From: Akkermansiaceae bacterium
Lineage (GTDB): Bacteria > Verrucomicrobiota > Verrucomicrobiia > Verrucomicrobiales > Akkermansiaceae
Reading direction: 5' to 3'
Assembly (NCBI GenBank): GCA_051251915.1
Contig: JBPOGF010000022.1
Location: forward strand, 1-54,763
Length of the DNA: 54,763 nucleotides
In this document: in pieces, positions 26,904 to 35,510 of the stretch
Layout: the number at the start of each line of letters is the position of its first letter
Position numbering within the stretch: position 1 is the stretch's first letter
Made by a program: the position numbers and the translations under genes
The notes under the pieces: generated by a model
The model's input: the letters and a program-made list of their open reading frames with translations, nothing else
Database searches by the model: none
What the model was told of the DNA's origin: nothing

Positions 26904-28592
26904 ATGAGCATTAATGCTGAACTCTCGGATTTGATCGATTCAAAATTCCGTGAATTTAAAGAAGGTAGTATCGTTAACGGTACTATCATTGACATCCGCC
27001 CACAGGTCATCCTCGTGGACATCGGTTATAAGTCAGAAGGAGCTATCCCAACATCAGAGTTCGAAGACGAAGAATTCGAAATCGGTGACGTAGTGGAAGT
27101 TCTTCTCATGAAACTAGAGAATGACGACGGAATGGTTGTCCTTTCTAAAGAGAAGGCTGCACACAGACAGAACTGGGAGAAGATCGTCCAGGTTTACGAA
27201 GACGGTGGTCTTGTAAAAGGAAAAGTTAAGAGCGTGGTTAAAGGTGGACTCATGGTGAACGTAGGTGTGGAAGCATTCCTCCCAGGTTCACAGGTAGACA
27301 TCATCCCGCCAAAAGATCTTTCCGAGTATGTCGGTAAGGTATTCGAATTTAAGATTGTGAAAGCAAACGACGAGCGTCAGAACGTTGTTGTTTCACGCAG
27401 AGAAGTGATCGAGGCAGAGCGCAGTGAGCTCCGTCAGCAGTTCCTTCAGACTGTGAAGATTGGTGATAAAGTTGAAGGTCTTGTGAAGAACATCACAGAC
27501 TTCGGTGCATTCGTTGATCTCCAGGGAATGGACGGACTTCTTCACATCACAGACATGAGCTGGGGCAGAATTTCACACCCATCAGAGATGCTTCACATCG
27601 GGAAATCACTCGAAGTGCAGATCCTCGACGTGGATCGTGAGAAGGAGAGAGTATCTCTTGGTCTTAAGCAAATGCAGGACAATCCATGGGAAGACATCGA
27701 AGCGAAGTTCCCAATCAGCCAGCGCGTTCGCGGTAAAGTTACTAAACTCCTTCCTTACGGCGCATTCGTCGAGATCGAGAAGGGTGTTGAAGGACTCGTT
27801 CACGTATCTGAGCTATCATGGGTCAAGCGTATCACACGTCCATCAGACGTTCTTGAGCTAGATCAGGAGATCGAGGCAGTTGTTCTCGGTATTTCTATCG
27901 AAGAGCAGAAGATTTCACTCGGAGTTCGCCAGCTAGAGGCAAACCCATGGGAAGAGATCGAAGCACGTTACCCAATCGGCCAGCGCATCACAGGTGCTGT
28001 GCGTAACCTTACTACTTACGGTGCATTCGTAGGTCTTGAAGAGGGAATCGACGGAATGATCCACGTATCTGATCTATCATGGACACGTAAGATCAACCAT
28101 CCATCAGAAGTTCTTAAGAAGGGCGACGAAGTTGAGGCAGTTGTTCTCAGCATCGACAAGGAGAACCAGCGTGTATCACTCGGCATCAAGCAAGCTGAGA
28201 ACGATCCATGGTCTGACATTGACGATAAGTTCAAGGTAGGTGACATGGTTAAAGGCCAGGTTGCTAAGATCGCATCATTTGGTGCCTTCGTAAATCTCCA
28301 GGACGACATCGACGGACTCATCCACATCTCTCAGCTTTCTGAGGATCATGTTGAGAAAGTGAAAGACGTTCTTAAGGTAGGTGACGATGTGGAAGCACGC
28401 GTTATCAAGGTAGACAAAGTAGAGCGCCGTATCGGACTCTCAGTCAAGGCTGTGGAATACACAGAAGACCAGCTCAGAAAAGAGTCTCAGTCATTCGAGA
28501 CACTCAAGCCATCAAGCGAGATGGTAGGTCTAGAGCAGGCATTCAACCTTGCTTCACCATCTACTGAAGAGTGGAGCCCATCAGAAGATTAA
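26904..28592 (+). CDS. rpsA: 30S ribosomal protein S1
   Basis: Six S1 repeats (VDIGYKSEG, AFLPGS, DGLLHITDMSW, EGLVHVSELSW...). Confidence 0.98.
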   Translation: MSINAELSDLIDSKFREFKEGSIVNGTIIDIRPQVILVDIGYKSEGAIPTSEFEDEEFEIGDVVEVLLMKLENDDGMVVLSKEKAAHRQNWEKIVQVYEDGGLVKGKVKSVVKGGLMVNVGVEAFLPGSQVDIIPPKDLSEYVGKVFEFKIVKANDERQNVVVSRREVIEAERSELRQQFLQTVKIGDKVEGLVKNITDFGAFVDLQGMDGLLHITDMSWGRISHPSEMLHIGKSLEVQILDVDREKERVSLGLKQMQDNPWEDIEAKFPISQRVRGKVTKLLPYGAFVEIEKGVEGLVHVSELSWVKRITRPSDVLELDQEIEAVVLGISIEEQKISLGVRQLEANPWEEIEARYPIGQRITGAVRNLTTYGAFVGLEEGIDGMIHVSDLSWTRKINHPSEVLKKGDEVEAVVLSIDKENQRVSLGIKQAENDPWSDIDDKFKVGDMVKGQVAKIASFGAFVNLQDDIDGLIHISQLSEDHVEKVKDVLKVGDDVEARVIKVDKVERRIGLSVKAVEYTEDQLRKESQSFETLKPSSEMVGLEQAFNLASPSTEEWSPSED

Positions 28593-28653
28593 TTCAAAGG
28601 GCTTGCTTACGCTGCACTAAGATGCAGATAGAGCAACATTCTAGATAAATTAC

Positions 28654-28688
28654 AAAGCCACTCGGGAAACCGGGTGGCTTTTTATTTT
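28654..28688 (+). terminator. rho-independent terminator
   Basis: aaagccactcgg-gaaa-ccgggtggcttt then Ts. Confidence 0.85.
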
Positions 28689-28889
28689 CGAGATAGGAGC
28701 AGCAGACTTGGATCCATGCGTTTTGTGAGATAGGTGGGGGGCTTATGGGGGCTGTTCCATAATTGAACATCAGGGGTGTTTGATATTGACGTAAACTGGT
28801 GGTTATGTATGACTTGTATTGATTATTATTTGATGTCTTTATCTATCAGGTTCTACGTTTAACCCATTAACCCTTAAAAAATCTATATT

Positions 28890-29600
28890 ATGACTTATCC
28901 ACACACAAAAACTCTTCAGGCGTCTGCTTTAGCAGTAGGAATACTCGCTTTTTCAACTTCAGCTCATGCTGCGGTGATTAGATATAATTTGCAAAATGAT
29001 GTAAGGGCGGGCGAAGAGTCTCTTGGATTGGAGTTGGATTCGCTCGATGATCCGGGTGACGACAATTCTGCTTCTACTGCGACACTCGCAAATGTAACGT
29101 TCGTTGCGTCTGCAACCACCAGCTTTGGTGATAACACTGCAGTAGTCAATGCCGGGGGTGGCGGTATGGGAATCAATACTGGAGGAGGGGGAAGCGCTAT
29201 TGGAGATTCCGCTGCTGCAATTGATGAGGGTGAGGTCTTGACGCTAAGCATAAGCTTTGGCCTTGGTTATACGGTGTCATTGACAGAGATTGATTTCGGC
29301 GGCATTAGCGATAATACAGACACTGGCACAGTTTCTATCGCTGGTGGCCCTTCACTTACCGTTTTTGATGGCATGGACACGACGGGGTTGACCTATACAT
29401 TCACTGGTTTCGATATTATGGAGTTTAACACCCCTATTAGCCTTTCAAGTGGTGACACCCTTGTCTTTTCTAATGTTTCGGCAGGTGAGTCGTTTGAGAT
29501 TGATAGTCTCGACTTGGATATTGTTGCAGTTCCCGAGCCATCAAGTACTGCGCTTCTTGGTCTTGGTGGGCTAGCGCTTATGATGCGCAGACGTAAGTAA
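28890..29600 (+). CDS. PEP-CTERM protein
   Basis: MTY..TLQ..LAFSTSAHA signal; VPEPSSTALLGLGGLALMMRRRK; terminator at 29627-29655. Confidence 0.92.
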   Translation: MTYPHTKTLQASALAVGILAFSTSAHAAVIRYNLQNDVRAGEESLGLELDSLDDPGDDNSASTATLANVTFVASATTSFGDNTAVVNAGGGGMGINTGGGGSAIGDSAAAIDEGEVLTLSISFGLGYTVSLTEIDFGGISDNTDTGTVSIAGGPSLTVFDGMDTTGLTYTFTGFDIMEFNTPISLSSGDTLVFSNVSAGESFEIDSLDLDIVAVPEPSSTALLGLGGLALMMRRRK

Positions 29601-29829
29601 GGGAGAAAGATCGTATTTGTTTTTATAAAGGCGGAGCATCGGCTCCGTCTTTTTTGTGCTGCCTGGGAGGGAAGAATTTTACCTTTCGTGTTTCACTATT
29701 GAACATCTAGTCAGTTTGATGTTGATCCGAGATTGGATGGGAGTATTAATGAAAGTGATTATAGAGGTATCTCACAGTATCTCAGGTTTAACATTTAACT
29801 CATTCATCACAACTTAACATAGATATATC

Positions 29830-30546
29830 ATGACATATTCAATTAAAAATACTCTTCAAGTTTCCGCTGTAGCTGCGGGGATGCTCGCTTTTTCGACGTC
29901 GGCTCAGGCAGCCGCTATGTTTGTGTTAGATCTTGACTCCGAGTTCGACAATGCAGTGATTGACACCACTATGACAAGGAACGATGGTTCTACTCCGCTG
30001 ACTATAACTACCTACGACATTAAGTACCGTGAATATTCTAATGTTGTCTCTGACGTGGACTTCACCCTAGGAGCTATACGTAGTACTAGATCACTCGGAA
30101 ACAATGCCGAGACGAATGTAATCGCCGGTGGCTCAGGCAATGCGCTAGGAATTAACAACCCTTCAGTCTCGAACGCTGAGTGGGAGACCCTCGGTGGAGA
30201 TAGCCAAGAAACGGGAAACATGAACCATGAGGAGTCATGGATCATTACATTTGATCATGATATCACTCTGGATAACGTTGAAACGGAATCAATTGAGTCA
30301 GGGGCTAATTTAAGTATTTTTGTTGATGGGAATTTGGAAGCCTCGATTACGACCAATGGCAATAATGCTAATCCATTCTCTGGCTTAGTCATTGCCGCTG
30401 GAACCCAAATAGAGTTCATGGCCAACGGAGACATTTTAACTGATCTTCGTATTGAATCTCTTACGGCAACTATCGTACCAGAGCCAAGCTCTGTAGCACT
30501 CCTCGGTCTTGGTGGGCTGGCACTGATTATGCGTCGTCGCAAGTAA
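29830..30546 (+). CDS. PEP-CTERM protein
   Basis: Paralogous signal (MTY..TLQ..LAFSTSAQA); VPEPSSVALLGLGGLALIMRRRK; terminator at 30562-30589. Confidence 0.92.
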   Translation: MTYSIKNTLQVSAVAAGMLAFSTSAQAAAMFVLDLDSEFDNAVIDTTMTRNDGSTPLTITTYDIKYREYSNVVSDVDFTLGAIRSTRSLGNNAETNVIAGGSGNALGINNPSVSNAEWETLGGDSQETGNMNHEESWIITFDHDITLDNVETESIESGANLSIFVDGNLEASITTNGNNANPFSGLVIAAGTQIEFMANGDILTDLRIESLTATIVPEPSSVALLGLGGLALIMRRRK

Positions 30547-30776
30547 TTGAGTTAATCTTAGAAAGGCGGGGCTTTTGCTCCGCTTTTTTGTCCTTTGGAG
30601 AGAGTTTAATAGAGGTCAACTCTAGCTATTGTCTAGGTTGTTTCACTGAATAGTATGATGCTTGGCTGGCTAATAAATGTAGCGGTTTAGGAATTAATGC
30701 TTCAATCTTATTTATGATCTGTTAGGAATCTGTATTACTAATTGTTAGCGGGTATAGCTCGTTAATGTTACATTGA

Positions 30777-33494
30777 ATGAAAACCAACCATATGAAACTT
30801 GTTACAACTCTTTATTTTAGTGCAGCTTTTGTCTCAATTGGGACTGCTGCTAAGCCTGCTCTTCCTCATATACCTGCGGATTCTTTTGTGGTTCCGGAGG
30901 GATTTGAGGTCACTGTGTGGGCTACTTCGCCGATGTTTTATAATCCGACGAATATGGATATAGATGCACAGGGGCGTGTTTGGGTGGCTGAGGGGCGGAA
31001 CTACCGTAAGTTCCGTAACAAGACTGCAAAGATCGACGCTAAGGGTGACCGGATCATGGTTCTCACGGATTCTAATGGTGATGGGAAGGCAGATAAGAGT
31101 CATGTGTTTGTACAGGAGCCGGCGCTGATTTCTCCTTTGGGGGTTGCGGTGATAGATAACAAGGTGGTGGTTTCACAGCCTCCGTCATTGATTGTTTATA
31201 CGGATGTGAATCGGGATGCGGTGTTTGATCCTAAGGTGGATAAGCGGGAAGAGTTGCTCACTGGTTTTGGGGGTTCGGATCATGATCACAGTTTGCACTC
31301 TGTGAGCACTGGGCCTAATGGACAGTGGTATTTTAGTACTGGTAATGCAGGGACTCACATCGTGGAAGGTGCTGATGGTTGGACATTGAGGGCGGGTAGT
31401 AGTTATAAAGGTGGATCACCTTCAGTTACGAGAAAAGGGCCGAATCAGGGTGGTAAGCCTGGGTTGAAGAGTGATGACGGGCACATTTATGTTGGTGCGG
31501 TAGCGCTACGGATGAATCCAGATGGTACGGGGCTTCGAGCTATCGGGCATAATATGCGGAATAGTTATGAGGAGACTGTGACTTCATTTGGGGATGTGTT
31601 TCAAAGTGATAATGATGATCCACCAGCTAGCCGGACTACTTGGCTGATGGAGTATGGGAATCTTGGTTTTGCTTCTGAAGATGGGAAGCGGACATGGAAG
31701 AATGACCGGAGACCTGGGCAGACGACTGCTATAGCGGAGTGGCGCCAAGAAGACCCTGGGACGATTCCTGCGGGAGATGTCTATGGCTCTGGAGCGCCTA
31801 CAGGGATGGCTTATTATGAGAATGGAGTTTTGGGTGAAAAATACCGTGGACTTCTGCTATCTGGGGAGCCTGTGCGTAATGTGATTTTTGGATATATGCC
31901 GGTGCCTGATGGTGCTGGGTTTAAGCTGGAGCGATTTGATTTCATGCGCTCTAAGCGTGGTGAGGAGTTTGCTAATGACGGTGAGGCGCTAGCAGACTTC
32001 GCTAATAAGTTCCGTCCGTCCGATGTGACTGTGGGAGCTGATGGTGCTATTTATGTCTGTGACTGGTTTGATAATGGCGTAGGTGGCCATAAGATGAGCG
32101 ATGAGGACTTGTCGGGTGCGATTTATCGTATCGCTCCTAAAGATAAGGGTGGTAAGTTGAGTAATCCAGAGTTTGACCTTAGCACAACTGCTGGTCAGAT
32201 AGCTGCTCTGAAGAGTCCGGCTGTGCATGTGCGCAATGTTGGGTTTACGCATCTGAAGGCAGGTGGTGAAGCGGTGGTGCCTGCGGTGAAGGCGTTACTT
32301 GATGATGAAAATCCTTATGTCCAAGCACGCGCTATTTTCTTGCTTGCGCAGATTGGGGAGAAGGGGATAGCGGAGGTTGAGGCTGTGCTGGAGAAGGCTG
32401 ATGATGCGCAAATGCGTATTGCTTGCTTTAGGGCATTACGTTTTGTGGAGCATCGGACATTAGAGTATGCTAAGGTACTGAGTACAGATTCATCAGTTGC
32501 CGTTCGACGAGAAGTGGCGCTTGCGATGCGTGATGTGAGTTATGAAGACTCGAGGGATGTGATACTGAATGTGGCTAGTCGGTATGATGGGGAGGATCGC
32601 TGGATGCTAGAAGCTATTGGAACAGCAAGTACAAATAAGGAGGCGAAAGTTTATGAAATGCTTTACTCGAAGTTAACTGATAAAGATTCATTACAGTGGA
32701 GTGATGCGTTCACTAACCTGGCGTGGCGTTTGCATTCTGAGGTGGCTGTGGATGATTTTAAGAAACGAGCATTGAATAAGAGCTTTTCACTGAGTGAGCG
32801 TAAGAAGGCGATGACAGCGATTGGGTTTATGTCTACTAAAGAAGCGGCATTGGCGATGGTTGAAATCGCTGAGAAAGGTCTCGATGATACGAAGGAGACC
32901 GCTAAATTCTGGCTCTTTAATCGTGGTAGTGGTGACTGGAAAGCCTACAAGAAGCTCATGAAAGGGCTGAACAAGAAAGTCAACCCACTCAAGCCGAATA
33001 GCGATTATTTAGTGCCTACTGATGGGCCTGAAGTTACGAAGCTGAAGGTGAAGGAGGTGCTGGCACTGAAGGGTGATGCTGCTCGTGGGCAAATTGCTAT
33101 TGCTCGTTGTTATATGTGTCATCAGGTGAATGGTACTGGAGTTGACTTTGGTCCAGCGCTTGATGAATGGGGTGGCGGTAGGCCGCTTGAAGCTATTGCT
33201 ACTGCAATTATTGATCCTAATGCTGGACTTGCGCATGGGTTTGAAGCGACTGAGGTGGTGACTAAGAAGGGGCATAAGATTCAAGGATTCATCCTTTCAG
33301 GTGGGGGGTCTCCGACGCTGAAGGTGATGGGTGGAGGAGAAGTGACGATCCCTGGGAAAGAACTTAAGTCAAGCAAGACGCTTGAGCATTCGCTTATGTT
33401 ATCTGCTGGTCAGCTGGGTCTTAAGGCTCAGGAGGTGGCTGATATTGTCGCTTTCTTGAAGCATGGGGCTCCTGATGCGCAGAATGCTGAGTAG
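30777..33494 (+). CDS. PVC-type membrane-bound dehydrogenase-like / heme c (CxxCH) protein with beta-propeller and HEAT repeats
   Basis: VPEGFEV, NPTNMDID.QGRVWV, GADGAIYVCDW, HEAT-like helices, CYMCH...GPAL. Confidence 0.88.
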   Translation: MKTNHMKLVTTLYFSAAFVSIGTAAKPALPHIPADSFVVPEGFEVTVWATSPMFYNPTNMDIDAQGRVWVAEGRNYRKFRNKTAKIDAKGDRIMVLTDSNGDGKADKSHVFVQEPALISPLGVAVIDNKVVVSQPPSLIVYTDVNRDAVFDPKVDKREELLTGFGGSDHDHSLHSVSTGPNGQWYFSTGNAGTHIVEGADGWTLRAGSSYKGGSPSVTRKGPNQGGKPGLKSDDGHIYVGAVALRMNPDGTGLRAIGHNMRNSYEETVTSFGDVFQSDNDDPPASRTTWLMEYGNLGFASEDGKRTWKNDRRPGQTTAIAEWRQEDPGTIPAGDVYGSGAPTGMAYYENGVLGEKYRGLLLSGEPVRNVIFGYMPVPDGAGFKLERFDFMRSKRGEEFANDGEALADFANKFRPSDVTVGADGAIYVCDWFDNGVGGHKMSDEDLSGAIYRIAPKDKGGKLSNPEFDLSTTAGQIAALKSPAVHVRNVGFTHLKAGGEAVVPAVKALLDDENPYVQARAIFLLAQIGEKGIAEVEAVLEKADDAQMRIACFRALRFVEHRTLEYAKVLSTDSSVAVRREVALAMRDVSYEDSRDVILNVASRYDGEDRWMLEAIGTASTNKEAKVYEMLYSKLTDKDSLQWSDAFTNLAWRLHSEVAVDDFKKRALNKSFSLSERKKAMTAIGFMSTKEAALAMVEIAEKGLDDTKETAKFWLFNRGSGDWKAYKKLMKGLNKKVNPLKPNSDYLVPTDGPEVTKLKVKEVLALKGDAARGQIAIARCYMCHQVNGTGVDFGPALDEWGGGRPLEAIATAIIDPNAGLAHGFEATEVVTKKGHKIQGFILSGGGSPTLKVMGGGEVTIPGKELKSSKTLEHSLMLSAGQLGLKAQEVADIVAFLKHGAPDAQNAE

Positions 33495-33657
33495 AATAAA
33501 TATAGTGGAAGCGGGGCTTCGCCTTCGCCATTGGGAGCGAGGAGCCGCTAGGCGTTATTCAGTCTTGTGTAGTTGGGCGACCTCTTCCAAAGCCACAGGC
33601 TGCTTCGTGCTCCCGTGCGCAGTACAATGCTTCTGTCTGCGTTTGAGGCGTAATCAT

Positions 33658-34329
33658 TCATGAAAGTTCACGCCACATTTTATTGAATGTGGTGGAGAAC
33701 TTGGTGACTAGTTTTGGGTTGTTGGTGATGAGGATGTTTTCGCTGTTGGCGGTGGTGGCGGAGCGGGTCCAGTTGAAGCTACCGTTGAGGAGGGTGTGGC
33801 CGTCTGCGATGGCGAACTTGTGATGCATGTGCGCTGGGGTGGTGTCGAAGACGCAGTGGATGCCAGATTCATCTAGGTGATCCATGTCGGAGCCTAGGTC
33901 TTCTGATTTGTCGTTGTCTGAAATGATGCGGATTTTGATGCCGCGTTGGTGAGCTTCGATGATTTTTTCTACGATGCGATTATCGGTGATGGTGAATACG
34001 CAGATGTCGAGGGTGTGCTGGGCTTCAGAAATGAATCTACGGATACGGTTCAGGCAGTCTTCGCCGGGGCTGAAGTAAGCGTTGGATTTGATTTTATTTT
34101 CACCTGCGTAGATGAGCTTGATGACTCCTTGGAGCCACTCCATGGCTGCGATTTCACCGATTTCTGAGATGACTTTGGTAGCCATTCGGAAGGCTAGTTG
34201 TCTGGCTTTTGCTTGTTCGGAGGTTTGTCCAGAGATTTTGGTGAGTGCTGCTTTTAGCTCCTTGCGCTCACTTCTGGAAATGGAAAAGTCTTCGATCGAT
34301 TGTTCTAACAGTTCTTGGATGTCTTGCAT
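33658..34329 (-). CDS. phospholipase D / Nuc-type nuclease, single HKD motif
   Basis: YFSPG, HMHHKFAIAD, GSFNWT, NSEN. Confidence 0.88.
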   Translation of the reverse strand: MQDIQELLEQSIEDFSISRSERKELKAALTKISGQTSEQAKARQLAFRMATKVISEIGEIAAMEWLQGVIKLIYAGENKIKSNAYFSPGEDCLNRIRRFISEAQHTLDICVFTITDNRIVEKIIEAHQRGIKIRIISDNDKSEDLGSDMDHLDESGIHCVFDTTPAHMHHKFAIADGHTLLNGSFNWTRSATTANSENILITNNPKLVTKFSTTFNKMWRELS

Positions 34330-34379
34330 GGGGCAAGTCTTGCTGTTTCTCTAGTTAAGGACAAGCAGGAACGGGGAGT

Positions 34380-34539
34380 TAGACCCATTTCCAAAAGTCT
34401 GTTCGCCTATCTTAGGATAAGAATTTCCAAACTCTGCGTTACTCTTCTACTGAGATGCCCACATCACAGTCTCATCGCGCCTTGATCTAGGAAATTCTTC
34501 TACCAAATCTAACCGAACGAACTTTTGGAAACGGGTCTA
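34380..34539. mobile_element. MITE-like element, 156 bp between flanking TA dinucleotides
   Basis: TAGACCCATTTCCAAAAGTCTGTTCG ... CGAACGAACTTTTGGAAACGGGTCTA (26-bp IR, 3 mismatches); inner IR aagaatttcc/ggaaattctt. Confidence 0.7.
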
Positions 34540-34541
34540 GG

Positions 34542-35132
34542 TTACATACCTTCTGCGGAAAGTTTACTGAGGAGGAACTGATTTGAGTTGATGATACTGA
34601 GGGGATTAATTTTCTCATCGATTAATAGCACGAGTTCAGTGCCTGGGGTGCAGGGGTCTGAGACGTGTGGGCAGGGTGATGCGTTACGATACATCCAACT
34701 GACGGTGACTATGTCTTCTTCGATCTGACCTTTGAGGGGCTTGTTGATTTTGAGGGTGACTATTTTTCTGCAGAAGCTAGTGATCATGAGGTGGCCGGCT
34801 TTGCTTTTTTCGAAGGCTTCTCTGGCTGCATAGACTTTTTCGTTTTGAGCGAGATCTTGTTTGGTGAGTTCTTTAGAGTTGGCTATGATTTCTTTAGATA
34901 GGATGGCTTCATATTGAGCAATGGCCTTTTGCATCTTTTCATCGCTGGTGATTTCTCCATCGGGAGATACCCAGAGGCTGATGGTGTGGAGCACTTTAAC
35001 ATTGGCGGCGAAGACGGCTTTGGTATCGATATCTTCTTGAGTGATTACTTGAGAGCTTGCCTGAAGAGGTTGTAGTACAGAGAAATAGATTGAGCTGAGT
35101 AATAGTAACAGGAACGATTTAACAAATTTCAT
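34542..35132 (-). CDS. hypothetical secreted protein
   Basis: ATG 35132 gives signal peptide MKFVKSFLLLLL; C-terminal CPH...PC. Confidence 0.65.
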   Translation of the reverse strand: MKFVKSFLLLLLSSIYFSVLQPLQASSQVITQEDIDTKAVFAANVKVLHTISLWVSPDGEITSDEKMQKAIAQYEAILSKEIIANSKELTKQDLAQNEKVYAAREAFEKSKAGHLMITSFCRKIVTLKINKPLKGQIEEDIVTVSWMYRNASPCPHVSDPCTPGTELVLLIDEKINPLSIINSNQFLLSKLSAEGM

Positions 35133-35271
35133 GCATTTCATTCTATCGTAAATGGAGGCATTGTCAGTGCTAAAATACATCCAGTTGAGTGTGGAGGATG
35201 ATATAGCCTTTAAAAAAGGTAGGCTAAATTTAGAGTGTCTCACAATCAAAGGTGTGACGGAAGGGGAAGAA

Positions 35272-35345
35272 TGGCAGGCCTACTAGGACTCGAACCTAGA
35301 ATGACGGAATCAAAATCCGGAGTGTTACCATTACACCATAGGCCT
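35272..35345 (-). tRNA. tRNA-Gln(TTG)
   Basis: 74-nt cloverleaf: acceptor AGGCCTA/TAGGCCT, D stem GTGT/ACAC, anticodon loop TT-TTG-AT, T loop TTCGAGT, encoded CCA. Confidence 0.96.
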
Positions 35346-35437
35346 GACGGTGAGTTACGTTCGTAACGCGGGCGAATAATTAGGGGAAGAGATTGAAATG
35401 TGCAACCATAAAATGTCCGATTTGTGGATTTTCTAAT

Positions 35438-35470
35438 AAAAAAGCCGCTGAGCGGTGCGCTCAGCGGCTT
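35438..35470 (-). terminator. terminator of hppA
   Basis: aagccgctgagcg/cgctcagcggctt stem with T run on the minus strand. Confidence 0.8.
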
Positions 35471-35510
35471 GATTGGTAAATATTTTAAGCAAATGTGAGG
35501 GTTTAGGGGG

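Noticed and set aside
33505..33657. REP or ncRNA between convergent genes
   Set aside because: GC-rich with short hairpins (gaagc/gcttc), but no second copy or clear boundaries in the window.
34330..35271. Prophage or island integrated at tRNA-Gln
   Set aside because: No integrase and no duplicated tRNA 3' end found in the window.
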